A stretch of DNA of 64,000 bases from contig JAKLEM010000002.1 in the NCBI GenBank assembly GCA_022711655.1, positions 1,098 to 65,097 of the forward strand. Reading direction: 5' to 3'. Made by a program: the position numbers and the translations under genes. Of this stretch, positions 43,370 to 52,556 are shown piece after piece (the first letter of the stretch is position 1; every line of letters starts with the position of its first letter). The stretch comes from Candidatus Auribacterota bacterium (GTDB lineage Bacteria > Auribacterota > Ancaeobacteria > Ancaeobacterales > Ancaeobacteraceae). The notes below the pieces were generated by a model that worked only from the letters and a program-made list of their open reading frames with translations, ran no database searches and was not told where the DNA came from.

Positions 43370-44140
43370 CTATTTTTCCCCGATGAACAGCGTGGCACTT
43401 CCGAAGGCGAGCGGTATGATGCGGACGTTACGGAGGCCGGCGCGGGCCATCATCCCGGCGATGACGCCGCTTTCCGGAATGGCGAGGATCGTCTCGGTCA
43501 GGTAGTCGTAGGCATCCCTATTTCCCGTGACCGCACCGCCGACGAGCGGGAGAAGCGCCCTGAGGTACCGGCGGTAGAGGCCCTGCAAAAAAGAATTGCG
43601 CGGCAGCGTCAACTCGAGGGCGATCACCTTCCCGCCCTCCCTGACGCTCGCCGCCATCGCACGGAAGACCTGCTCAACGTCCCTGACATTCCGCAGGCCG
43701 AAGGCGATCGTCGCGCGGTCGAAGGCGCCGTCGCGTACCGGCGGTTTCTCCGCCAGCGCATTGACGTACCTGAGCCTGCCGGCGTTCCCCTCTTTGCGCG
43801 CCTTCTCCGCGGCTACCCGGAGCATCCCGGGCGACAGGTCGATGCCGACGCCGGAGGCGATGCCGCTGCGTTTGAGGAACCCCTCCAGGACCTTCCCTGT
43901 GCCGGTGCAGAGATCGACGACGGAGCCGCCCCGCGGGCACTCCGCCTCGCGCAGGAGCCGCGCGCGCCACACGTACACGACGCCGAGGCTGAGCGCCGCG
44001 TTGAGGAAGTCGTACCAGCGGGCGATCCTGTCGAACATTTCCCGGACGTAGACGCTTCGCTCGGGGGCGGGGTTATTGAAAGAGGTGAACGATCTGCCGG
44101 AGCTCATGGTGGTTTTGACATTGGGGGATGATCCGCCCAT
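43370..44140 (-). CDS. ubiE: Demethylmenaquinone/ubiquinone C-methyltransferase
   Basis: VREMFDRIARWYDFLNAALSLG.. and the SAM motif VVDLCTGTG. TGATG one-nt overlap with the upstream prenyltransferase. Confidence 0.8.
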   Translation of the reverse strand: MGGSSPNVKTTMSSGRSFTSFNNPAPERSVYVREMFDRIARWYDFLNAALSLGVVYVWRARLLREAECPRGGSVVDLCTGTGKVLEGFLKRSGIASGVGIDLSPGMLRVAAEKARKEGNAGRLRYVNALAEKPPVRDGAFDRATIAFGLRNVRDVEQVFRAMAASVREGGKVIALELTLPRNSFLQGLYRRYLRALLPLVGGAVTGNRDAYDYLTETILAIPESGVIAGMMARAGLRNVRIIPLAFGSATLFIGEK

Positions 44141-45051
44141 CAGAAAAGATTATCGATTATGAGCCCGGCCGTCATGAGGACGCCGATCGACGCGTGGAGG
44201 CCGATCGTTATCGCGTTCGCGGGGATGAGCTCGAACACCTTGTCGTAATTGTTTCGGGAGATCATATAGGCCCGCGCCGCCAGCGGCAGAGTGAGGAAAA
44301 CGATCGAGCAGGCGAACGGCAGCACGCGGGACAGTATCAGGAAGAGGACCGACAGATAGACAAGAACCACCGCCGCGTGATAGACCGCGACCGCTTTCTT
44401 CCTGCCGAGGATCACGACCAGCGTCCTCTTGCCCGCCGCCCGGTCGCCGTCATGGTCGGGGAACTCGTTGATATAGAGGATGAGAGCGATCAGGAGCGAC
44501 ATCGGGACAGACACGAAAAAAACGCCCGCGGGCAGCGCCTGCGCCTGCACGTAAAAAGCGCCGGCCACCAGGAGCGGCCCGAAGCCTATCCCGACGGCTA
44601 TCTCGCCGAGGCCGTTGTACGCCATGCGGAACGGCCCCGCCGTGTAGACGAGGCTGAGGCCGACGCCGGCGACGCCCAGCAAAAGCACGACGTTCGTCCC
44701 GCACAGATAGTTGAGAAAAAGCCCGATGCCGCCGCCCGCGGCGAAAAGCGCCAGCGAATAGATCAGGACCTGCCCCGGGGTCATCAGGCCTTCCTGGATC
44801 ACGCGGCTCCCGCCGCTGAAGGGCGTGGGCGTCCGGTTCAGCTCGTCGCAGCCGGACAGGTGGTCGAAATAGTCGTTGATGAGGTTTGCAGCGCCGTGGA
44901 TAAGGACGGCGCCGAGGACGGTCAGAAGGAACCGCGGCCAGAGGAAAACCCCGCGCGCATACCACGCATAGACGGCGCCGAGGACGACAGGTATGACCGC
45001 CCCGGTGAAAAACGGAGCCCGGACCGCCTTGATGAGGACGCGCGCTTTCAT
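44140..45051 (-). CDS. UbiA-family prenyltransferase, MenA-like (1,4-dihydroxy-2-naphthoate polyprenyltransferase type)
   Basis: 8-9 TM helices. Asp-rich motif HGAANLINDYFDH. Confidence 0.7.
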   Translation of the reverse strand: MKARVLIKAVRAPFFTGAVIPVVLGAVYAWYARGVFLWPRFLLTVLGAVLIHGAANLINDYFDHLSGCDELNRTPTPFSGGSRVIQEGLMTPGQVLIYSLALFAAGGGIGLFLNYLCGTNVVLLLGVAGVGLSLVYTAGPFRMAYNGLGEIAVGIGFGPLLVAGAFYVQAQALPAGVFFVSVPMSLLIALILYINEFPDHDGDRAAGKRTLVVILGRKKAVAVYHAAVVLVYLSVLFLILSRVLPFACSIVFLTLPLAARAYMISRNNYDKVFELIPANAITIGLHASIGVLMTAGLIIDNLF

Positions 45052-45096
45052 GGTAGATCTCCCCTGCTGCGCGCGTCTGCCGCGCAGCCGCTCCCG

Positions 45097-45999
45097 TTAA
45101 TTCCCCTGTGCCACCTTTTCGGCCAGCGTAAAGACGAACAGCACGATGCTGAACCAGGTGTTCGCGACGAAGAAACCGCTGTCGTACCTCCGCTTGTCTA
45201 TCACCACCAGGCCGTGCTCGTAGATCAGGATCATCGCGCCGACGCTGACACCGATGTAATAGACGGAATGCATGTCGAGCATCACCCCCGCCGCCAGCAG
45301 CAGCAGTATCGTCACGGCGTGGAAACCGAGCGCGATGTTCAGCGCGTTATCGACGCCGAAGCGGATCGGTATGGAGCAAAGCCCCTTTTCCCTGTCGAAG
45401 TCGTGGTCCTGGCACGCGTAGATCACGTCGAATCCCGCCACCCAGAACATCGTCGCGCCGGCAAAAACGGCGATCGGCAGATCGACCGATCCCCGGATGC
45501 CGATCCACCCTCCCAGCGGCGCGCACGCCAGGATAAGCCCGAGGAAGAAGTGCGACGCCCAGGTAAAACGTTTGACGTGCGGATAAACGCAGGTCAGCAG
45601 GAACACGAGCGGGAACAGCACCACCGACAGCGGGTTGAGGCTGTAGGACGAGTAGAGCAGGAGCGCGATCGATACCGTCATGCTGAACGCGCCCGACGAC
45701 CGCCGCATGCGCCGAAGCGAGAGCGACTGGTCGCCGCTTCGCGGGTTCATCGAGTCGTACTTGAAGTCGATGATCCGGTTCAGCGTTATCCCGGCCGTCC
45801 GGGCGGAGACGATCGCGACGATGACGCAGAGCCACTTTTCGTACGACGCCAGGATACCGCCGGCGAGCAGCGCGCCGGTGCAGGCGAACGGCAGAGAAAG
45901 CAGGGTCTGCTCGATCCTGATAAGCTTCGCGAAATCCTTGGTCCAGCGCTCGATCAGCTTCGAGTAATACGTTATGACCCTGGCTGCCTTGCTGCTCAT
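45097..45999 (-). CDS. UbiA-family prenyltransferase, 4-hydroxybenzoate polyprenyltransferase/MqnP-like
   Basis: Motifs ARTAGITLNRIIDFKYDSMNPR and ACQDHDFDRE. 8-9 TM helices. Confidence 0.7.
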   Translation of the reverse strand: MSSKAARVITYYSKLIERWTKDFAKLIRIEQTLLSLPFACTGALLAGGILASYEKWLCVIVAIVSARTAGITLNRIIDFKYDSMNPRSGDQSLSLRRMRRSSGAFSMTVSIALLLYSSYSLNPLSVVLFPLVFLLTCVYPHVKRFTWASHFFLGLILACAPLGGWIGIRGSVDLPIAVFAGATMFWVAGFDVIYACQDHDFDREKGLCSIPIRFGVDNALNIALGFHAVTILLLLAAGVMLDMHSVYYIGVSVGAMILIYEHGLVVIDKRRYDSGFFVANTWFSIVLFVFTLAEKVAQGN

Positions 46000-46003
46000 G
46001 CCC

Positions 46004-46969
46004 CTACCTTTGTTCGCACGTTGCGCGGTACTCCTGAAAGAAATCGAGCGTCACGACCTGAGCGCCGGGCGCCGACCGCTCGAGCTCCCCGATCACGCCG
46101 ATAGTCGCAAAGGGGAACGGCACGACACCGTTCTCCAACGGGTTGAAATAGTTGTCGTAATGCGTCGGCATGATGACCTTCGGTTTCGTGAGGGCCGCCA
46201 TCCGCCCGGCGGACCCGGGCTCGAAAACAGTCACGTTGACCATTGCCAGATCGCTCTCGAAACCCTTCGCGTCTCGCTCGTCGATCTCGACGCCCGACGT
46301 CGCGAAAAAGCGGTACCCGCCCGACTCGAAATGGAAACAAAGGTTCTGGAGGTTGCCGTACTCCCAAACGTACAACGGCGGCCGCGACCGCGCGTCGACG
46401 TCATAGAGGAACGGCTTCACGACCAGGATCGTTCCGTGCCGCGCGCGAGCGACCCGGACCGTGAACGGCCCCGCGCGCAGCGTCTCTCCGCCGCGCGCCT
46501 CGACGATCTGCCGCTCCGAGACCCCGTGGATGCGCAGCAGCTTCGCCGTCGTCGTCGACCCCACCACCTTGGCGCCCGTCCTGAGCGCGATGGCCGGCAC
46601 GTCCATGAAATGGTCGAAATGGCTGTCGGTAACGAAGATAAAATCCGCGCGCGGTATCTTTTCCCTGATCAGCCGCTCGTTCGGACGCAGCGGCGCGATG
46701 AACAGCTCGTGGAGCGGCACCCGGGTGAGGTACGGGTCGATCAGGATGACCGTATCCCCCTTCTGGACCCTGAAGCCGGCCGTGCCGAGCCACTGAAAAG
46801 AGATCTCGCCGTCGCTGAGCGGCGTACGGTACTCGGCCTTCCACCGCTTCCCGGCGAAATTGTCGGACGCCAGCGGCGACAGCGCGTCGCTCACCAGAGA
46901 GAGCGGCATAAAGGCGAATGACGCCGTCAACACCAGCGGCGCTATCCGCGCTCGCAGCAGCTTTTTCAT
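46004..46969 (-). CDS. MBL-fold metallo-hydrolase with signal-like N-terminus
   Basis: Trimmed to MKKLLRARIAPLVLTASFAF.. (ATG 46969, directly after the upstream stop at 46972). Metal motif FVTDSHFDHF. Confidence 0.7.
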   Translation of the reverse strand: MKKLLRARIAPLVLTASFAFMPLSLVSDALSPLASDNFAGKRWKAEYRTPLSDGEISFQWLGTAGFRVQKGDTVILIDPYLTRVPLHELFIAPLRPNERLIREKIPRADFIFVTDSHFDHFMDVPAIALRTGAKVVGSTTTAKLLRIHGVSERQIVEARGGETLRAGPFTVRVARARHGTILVVKPFLYDVDARSRPPLYVWEYGNLQNLCFHFESGGYRFFATSGVEIDERDAKGFESDLAMVNVTVFEPGSAGRMAALTKPKVIMPTHYDNYFNPLENGVVPFPFATIGVIGELERSAPGAQVVTLDFFQEYRATCEQR

Positions 46970-46971
46970 GG

Positions 46972-47523
46972 TCAAAGGATCCTGTCGCCCGGTATCGCGA
47001 AACGCCGCCCGCCGAGATGGTGCAGCGTTTTCCCCGCCGCCTTTTCGGCGAAGAGCCGTTTGCCGAAAGCCGTGGTCTCGGCGCCGGCCGCAAGATATTC
47101 TCCGACGAAGATGTCGACGAATTCGACCCGCAGCGTCTTGATCAGGCGGCACTCGACGTAGCCGACGCAGCCGGCCGGGATGAGCGCATCGACCTTCTGC
47201 CCGCCGAACGCATCGATGCCGAATGTATGGAACTTGTCGGCCTTTTTTCCCGAGACCGACCCTGCCTCCTTCACCAGGCGCGCCTGGGAGACATGCGGCA
47301 CCGACACGATAAACGACTTCTGCTTCCGGATATTGGCGGCCGTCGCGTGGTTTTTATCAACCACGACGAGCAGGCGCGTCGGGTCATCGTTGACCGCGCA
47401 GTTCCATGCGACCGGGGCGATGTCGTACCGCCCTCTCTGCGAGCGCGTCGAGACAAGGACAAGCGGCCCGTGGCCCACCAGCCGGTACGCCTCGTTTGCC
47501 GCTAAAGACCGATAGCAGTTCAT
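46972..47523 (-). CDS. Flavin reductase-like FMN-binding split-barrel protein
   Basis: ..GPLVLVSTRSQRGRYDIAPVAWNCAVNDDPTRLLVVVDKNHATAANI.. Confidence 0.75.
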   Translation of the reverse strand: MNCYRSLAANEAYRLVGHGPLVLVSTRSQRGRYDIAPVAWNCAVNDDPTRLLVVVDKNHATAANIRKQKSFIVSVPHVSQARLVKEAGSVSGKKADKFHTFGIDAFGGQKVDALIPAGCVGYVECRLIKTLRVEFVDIFVGEYLAAGAETTAFGKRLFAEKAAGKTLHHLGGRRFAIPGDRIL

Positions 47524-47677
47524 TAGTGCCTCCTCTTGTATATCGGCATCGGATTGTAGCAGGAAAACAATGCGCCTGAAAGCTTAAATATCGCAGGCGG
47601 ATTACTATTGCAGCAGGGATACGAATGCTATACTGTATTGCCTGCGCCGATGAAGGCGCGCAACCACGGAGGAAACG

Positions 47678-48157
47678 ATGCGTTATCGCAATTATCTGTT
47701 GAGCTTATCGGTCGCATGCGGATTGGCCGCCGTCCTGAGCGGCTGTGAAACGGTGGATGTCAATTACATGGGAAAAACCGCGGCGCCGACGGCCGCTGCA
47801 GCCGTCTTCTACGACAAGAAAGACGTCCCGGATAACGCCTACACCGTGATGGGTAAGGCTATCGTCACCGCGCCCGAGGATATTTCAGGCAAAAACATCG
47901 AGGCGCGTATCGTACAGGAGGCAGAAAAGCAGGGCGCCGACGCCGTCCTGATCGGGGAAGCGCGTGAAGTTGCGACCGGCGAGACCACCGACTGGGCGAC
48001 GGAGGGGTTCGGGCCGTTCGATGAATATGAGGGATGGGGATGGGGGTTCGGCCCCGCGACATGGGAATGCGTGGGCCCTGTCCGCGCGATAGGCCCCGTG
48101 GACACCGTCTACAACTACTCTCTGAAGATCAAGGTCCTCTTCCTGAAAAAGAAGTAG
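47678..48157 (+). CDS. Hypothetical lipoprotein
   Basis: Lipobox LSGC after a signal peptide. 159 aa. Confidence 0.6.
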   Translation: MRYRNYLLSLSVACGLAAVLSGCETVDVNYMGKTAAPTAAAAVFYDKKDVPDNAYTVMGKAIVTAPEDISGKNIEARIVQEAEKQGADAVLIGEAREVATGETTDWATEGFGPFDEYEGWGWGFGPATWECVGPVRAIGPVDTVYNYSLKIKVLFLKKK

Positions 48158-48163
48158 GATACG

Positions 48164-50503
48164 TCAGCTGCTGCTCTCGACCGGCGACCCGGCGGTAAAC
48201 TCCCCCGGCGCCGGAAGCGGCACGGCGTCCAACTCCTTCTGCGGCGGCAGGACGCGCATCGACAGGAGCTTCTCCTCCACCTCTTCCGGAGATTTGAACG
48301 CCCACTCGTTCCAGACGGCCTCGCAGCGCCGTATCGCATCGTCCATCTTTTCCAACACGCGCTCCGCCGAAACCTTGCCCTGTTTGAGCATTGAGGGGTT
48401 ATCCGCAATTTTCTTTCTGATGCCACGCAGCGTCTCCAGGTCCGCCTGGAGAGCCGCGAGCGCGGCGGGCAGGCGGCGCGCGGCGTCGGCGACCGTCCGC
48501 GCCTTTTCCTCCCGATACAGCTCCAGGGTGACGATCAGGTCATCGGAATAGCCGAACGACGACGTCGGCGGCATCGGCTTGCCGCCGCTCGAAAGAGCGA
48601 TCAGCCCCTTCCCGCTCAGCCGCTCCATGTTGTCCTCGCAGGCGCGCAAAACAGCGGCGGCGGAACTGACGCACCGGTCGATCTCTTCCCCGCTGTCAGC
48701 GTCGTAGAAAGCGGCGCGGACAGCCAGCAGCGGCCCGAAGATCGTCGCGAAGCCCTCGCTGATATAGAGCGCGCACTGCGTCCTGAGGAACAGGCGTCTG
48801 GTATCGGCGGGAGAAATCGCCGCCGCATCCGGCCGGTACTCGGCCTGCACCGGCATGACGCCCAGCGCGGCGCACGCGGCCTCGATCTCTTCGGGCGTCT
48901 TGCGCGTCCACGCCTCGAGCTGACGCGTCAGGAGCTGGGTGGCGTCGTTAAACATCTTCATCACGCCGTCCGGAGACTCGCCGTCTGCCACCGGCACCTG
49001 TTTCTTGAGCAGCCGGAATTTCAACGACGACACGGCGGCAAGGTCATCGGTCAGGTCCGCGAGCAGATCGAGGGCATCGCCCCACATCTCCAGGACGGCC
49101 GCCTTCCCTTCCGGCGCATCGAGGCGGTACGCCCCGATCATGTCGGGAGCGTGGGCTTCCCCGTCCTGCACGAACACCCTGCCGCCCGAAGCGGGTATGA
49201 AACGAAAATCTTCCGTGAACGCCCGCATCCTCTGCACGATCTGCGCGTTCCTCCCGCGCCGCATGACCGTAAGGTCTTCAAAGGCCTTTCGGTCGCTTTT
49301 GTCTTTGAGCCTCATGGCGGCGCGAAGCAGCGACATATACGCGGTCATGACGCCGTCGTATCCCCAGAGGAACGCCTCCGTTGAGAGCAGGAGCCGCCTG
49401 ACGTCGTGGGGCGAGAGCATCTCCGCAGTGACGACCCTGGCGCCGAACCAGCGGTGAGGCGTCACCCCCTCTTCCTTGGCGGAGTCCAGGCCGGGATCCG
49501 CCCTCAGATAGACGCCTGCGCGCTGCGCGGCGAGGTACATCGCGAACGTCTCGTTCCTGTCGGGCGAATCGAAGAAGATGACGCCGCCCGGCCTGACCAG
49601 GCGGAGCGCCGCGCCGAACGCGTCGGTCAGCTGGCGCATATCGTACCCGGCGAGCGCCCAGCCGGTGAACGTGACCGCCCGCGCCCCGCCCGCGCCGATC
49701 AGGCCTTTCGACGCGATATCCCTGATGTCCGCCTGAATGAACTTGATGTTCGTCAGCTTCCGTTCCGCGGCCTTGAGGATCGATTCGCGGAGGTTGCGGG
49801 CGTTCGCGTCGACCATGACGACCTGAACGGCCGGATACTTCTGAGCGATCCCCGCCGCCTCGTCGCCGACGCCGCCCATCAGGTCGACGTAGGTGTCGCC
49901 GTCCCGCAGGCCGAGGAAATCCCGGTAGACGCTGCTGGTGTGATAGGGCTGGCGCTTGATGAGCGACTCGTCTCCCCGCCGGGCGTAGTAATAGCCGTGC
50001 TTCCAGTTCTTCTTGAGCGCGCTGGAGAAATAGCCTTCGTAGGCGCCCTGCATATCGAAAGCCCGATAGGCCGTCGGGAAGATGCCGGAGATCTCCTTGG
50101 GCGAGATACCGCAAAGGATAAGAAAGTCGCAGATATCCCAGATCTCGTCCTCATTGCTGTTCTCCGGCGCGATAAGAAATTTTCCTCCCTCGGCAAAAGC
50201 CTTGTACCGTTCGACGAGAGAAATACGCCTCCCGATCTCCGCGAGGTCATACGGGCCGTATTCGATAAGGGCGGACAGGCTTTCCGGCAGGCCGGCCTCA
50301 CCGATGACCATCCCGCTCAAAGCGTCCGCCAGGCGACGCGCGTACCGCCTAGCCGCCCCGGCCCTCTCCGCTCCACGGTAGGTTTCAAGGAACTCGGGAG
50401 AGGCCGTTTGCGTGTGCGGCGCAAGCGCGAACCTCCCGCCAGCGCCGGCGGCCGACGCTGCATGCGCGCAGCATAACAGGTAAATGACGATTTTCCTGAC
50501 CAT
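48164..50503 (-). CDS. Large (779 aa) hypothetical protein with hydrophobic N-terminus and a central class I SAM-methyltransferase-like segment
   Basis: N-terminus MVRKIVIYLLCCAHAASAAGA. Centre ..GDTYVDLMGGVGDEAAGIAQKYPAVQVVMVDANARNL.. resembles methyltransferase motifs I/II. Confidence 0.55.
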   Translation of the reverse strand: MVRKIVIYLLCCAHAASAAGAGGRFALAPHTQTASPEFLETYRGAERAGAARRYARRLADALSGMVIGEAGLPESLSALIEYGPYDLAEIGRRISLVERYKAFAEGGKFLIAPENSNEDEIWDICDFLILCGISPKEISGIFPTAYRAFDMQGAYEGYFSSALKKNWKHGYYYARRGDESLIKRQPYHTSSVYRDFLGLRDGDTYVDLMGGVGDEAAGIAQKYPAVQVVMVDANARNLRESILKAAERKLTNIKFIQADIRDIASKGLIGAGGARAVTFTGWALAGYDMRQLTDAFGAALRLVRPGGVIFFDSPDRNETFAMYLAAQRAGVYLRADPGLDSAKEEGVTPHRWFGARVVTAEMLSPHDVRRLLLSTEAFLWGYDGVMTAYMSLLRAAMRLKDKSDRKAFEDLTVMRRGRNAQIVQRMRAFTEDFRFIPASGGRVFVQDGEAHAPDMIGAYRLDAPEGKAAVLEMWGDALDLLADLTDDLAAVSSLKFRLLKKQVPVADGESPDGVMKMFNDATQLLTRQLEAWTRKTPEEIEAACAALGVMPVQAEYRPDAAAISPADTRRLFLRTQCALYISEGFATIFGPLLAVRAAFYDADSGEEIDRCVSSAAAVLRACEDNMERLSGKGLIALSSGGKPMPPTSSFGYSDDLIVTLELYREEKARTVADAARRLPAALAALQADLETLRGIRKKIADNPSMLKQGKVSAERVLEKMDDAIRRCEAVWNEWAFKSPEEVEEKLLSMRVLPPQKELDAVPLPAPGEFTAGSPVESSS

Positions 50504-50608
50504 ATCGTTTAACCTCTATCTGCCGTTATTTTACCCTATGTTCGCCCGCTTGTCAAACGGCCGGCCATTTGGCATAATGCCTGCGGCCCATCGATACGGA
50601 GGCATACC

Positions 50609-50971
50609 ATGATAAAGAAGGCGAACCTACAAAAAACGGAGGCGCGCAAGAATATGCGCGGCGCTCCCGGCGAGGTAAAGATCCGGCACTATTTCGGCGG
50701 CGGCGAGCTCAACTTCCCCTGCCGCCTTTGCGCCGAGCTGACGATCCCGCCCGGCGCGGGGATCGGGCTCCACGAGCATATCGGCGAAGACGAGATCTTC
50801 ATCGTCCAGCGGGGGTCCGGGGTCGTCACCGACAGCGGCAGGGAATCCGCTGTCGCCCCCGGCGACGCGATCGTCACCGGCAAAGGCGGATCCCACGCCG
50901 TGATGAACACCGGCGCCGAAGACCTGGTCATGACGGCGATCATCGTCGTATACGGAAAACAAACGACATGA
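50609..50971 (+). CDS. Cupin domain protein
   Basis: GAGIGLHEHIGEDEIFIVQRGSG...GGSHAVMNTG cupin motifs. TTGTCA-17-CATAAT promoter upstream. Confidence 0.75.
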   Translation: MIKKANLQKTEARKNMRGAPGEVKIRHYFGGGELNFPCRLCAELTIPPGAGIGLHEHIGEDEIFIVQRGSGVVTDSGRESAVAPGDAIVTGKGGSHAVMNTGAEDLVMTAIIVVYGKQTT

Positions 50972-51024
50972 CCGGTTATCCATCGGCCGGCACAGGTCTC
51001 GACGCCGATACGATCTTGGGATTC

Positions 51025-51046
51025 GGTCAATTGGACATCGGACATT
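51025..51046. repeat. Degenerate half-copy of the CATTGG heptad repeat
   Basis: GGTCAATTGGACATCGGACATT resembles the right arm GGTCATTGGACATTGGTCATT of copies A-C. Confidence 0.4.
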
Positions 51047-51053
51047 AGCGCAT

Positions 51054-52166
51054 ATGGACATACCATCCGAACTGCTGATCCCCGAAAAAACGCTCTTCAA
51101 AAAAGATGCGGCCCTGGCCCTCGGCGCCGAAGCGTCGGTTTTCGGGTCGAAGGGAATGATCGTCTACGGCCGCTCCCTGGAAAGCCCTGACAAACTGAGC
51201 GGGATCCTCGGGCATCTGCGGCCGGCGATGACGGCCGTCCGCTATTGCCGCGCAAAGAGCGGCGAGCCGGAGCTGGAAGAGATCAGCGCGGTCATCGACG
51301 ACGGCAGAAAGCACGGCGTGGAGTGGATAGCGGGGATCGGCGGCGGCAGCGTCCTCGACCTCGCGAAGGCGGCGGCCGGCCTCTTTCGCGCGGCACGCCC
51401 GCCCGCCTATTATCAGGAGGGCGGCGTCCTGGAGGAGCGCGGCATACCGTTCATCGCCGTACCCACGACCGCGGGGACCGGGTCGGAAGCGACAACCAAC
51501 TCGGTGATCATCAACCCCTCGAAGAAGACGAAGCTGTCGATACGGGACAGCTCGTTCCTCGCGCGGCGCGTCATCCTCGACGCCGGCCTCATGGAAGGGA
51601 TACCGCCTGAGATCGTAGCGCACGCGGGGATGGATGCCCTGGTCCAGGCGTACGAATCGTATATTTCGAAGAACGCCAGCTGGCTGACGCGATCGCTGGC
51701 GCTCAAGGCGGTTTCGCTTATCAACGAACATCTCGCCGGCGCGTACAGGACGCGAGGCGAAGACGACCTCTCGGCGCTGCTCCTGGGGAGCTACCTGTGC
51801 GGGATCGCGTTCTCCCATTCGCGCCTCGGCGTCATCCACGGCGTCGCCCACCCGATCGGAGCGCTGTACCACCTGCCGCACGGCCTCATCTGCTCGCTCT
51901 GCCTCATCCCGTCGATCCAGATCAACCGGAAGGCGATGGGAGAGAGATACGACGAGCTGAGCGCGGCTGTAGGCGTCGACCTGCTCGACCGGGTGGCGGA
52001 GCTCCTCGCCTCGCTCGAGATCACGTCGCCGTTCAAGAACCTGCCGGTGATCGAGCGGGAGAAGATCATCGAGGAGACGCTCGCGTCGGGGTCGACCGCG
52101 GCAAACCCGAAGAAGATCAAAAGAGACGACGTCGAGCAGATCCTCGGAGCGCTGTTCGAACAATAG
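51054..52166 (+). CDS. Iron-containing alcohol dehydrogenase family protein
   Basis: ..IAGIGGGSVLDLAKA.. ..VPTTAGTGSEAT.. ..GVAHPIGALYHLPHG.. Confidence 0.85.
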   Translation: MDIPSELLIPEKTLFKKDAALALGAEASVFGSKGMIVYGRSLESPDKLSGILGHLRPAMTAVRYCRAKSGEPELEEISAVIDDGRKHGVEWIAGIGGGSVLDLAKAAAGLFRAARPPAYYQEGGVLEERGIPFIAVPTTAGTGSEATTNSVIINPSKKTKLSIRDSSFLARRVILDAGLMEGIPPEIVAHAGMDALVQAYESYISKNASWLTRSLALKAVSLINEHLAGAYRTRGEDDLSALLLGSYLCGIAFSHSRLGVIHGVAHPIGALYHLPHGLICSLCLIPSIQINRKAMGERYDELSAAVGVDLLDRVAELLASLEITSPFKNLPVIEREKIIEETLASGSTAANPKKIKRDDVEQILGALFEQ

Positions 52167-52184
52167 GAACGAAACGGCGGGTCT

Positions 52185-52448
52185 TCAGCGTTTCGTTTCA
52201 GGCGGGTTTTGCAGTTCTTCGACCGGCTGAGAGGCGGGCTTGCGCAGCGGCTGGAGCAGGGTGCCTTCTTTTGTCCTCATATTGACCCCCGCGCCCTCTA
52301 CCTCGATCAATGCCGATTCAGGCAATCGATACCTGATCTGCTCGCGTTTCCGGTTCGCCTCTTCCTCAGCGCCGACGCGCGGGATCTGGGCGAAGGCCTC
52401 AGCGCAGAGCAGGCCGATCGTTACAATTGCCATCACGCTTTTTATCAT
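52185..52448 (-). CDS. Small secreted hypothetical protein
   Basis: 87 aa with signal peptide MIKSVMAIVTIGLLCAEAFA. Confidence 0.45.
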   Translation of the reverse strand: MIKSVMAIVTIGLLCAEAFAQIPRVGAEEEANRKREQIRYRLPESALIEVEGAGVNMRTKEGTLLQPLRKPASQPVEELQNPPETKR

Positions 52449-52463
52449 GGGAGACCCCTATGG

Positions 52464-52545
52464 AATGACCAATGACCAATTATCCAATGCCCTACAAGGA
52501 ATTATAAAAATGTTCGCGCTGGGGTTTGGTCATTGGTTCATTGGG
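52464..52545. repeat. CCAATG/CATTGG heptad palindromic repeat, copy C
   Basis: Left arm AATGACCAATGACCAATTATCCAATGC (52464..52490). Right arm GGTCATTGGTTCATTGGG (52528..52545). Confidence 0.75.
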
Positions 52546-52556
52546 AATTCAGGGTT

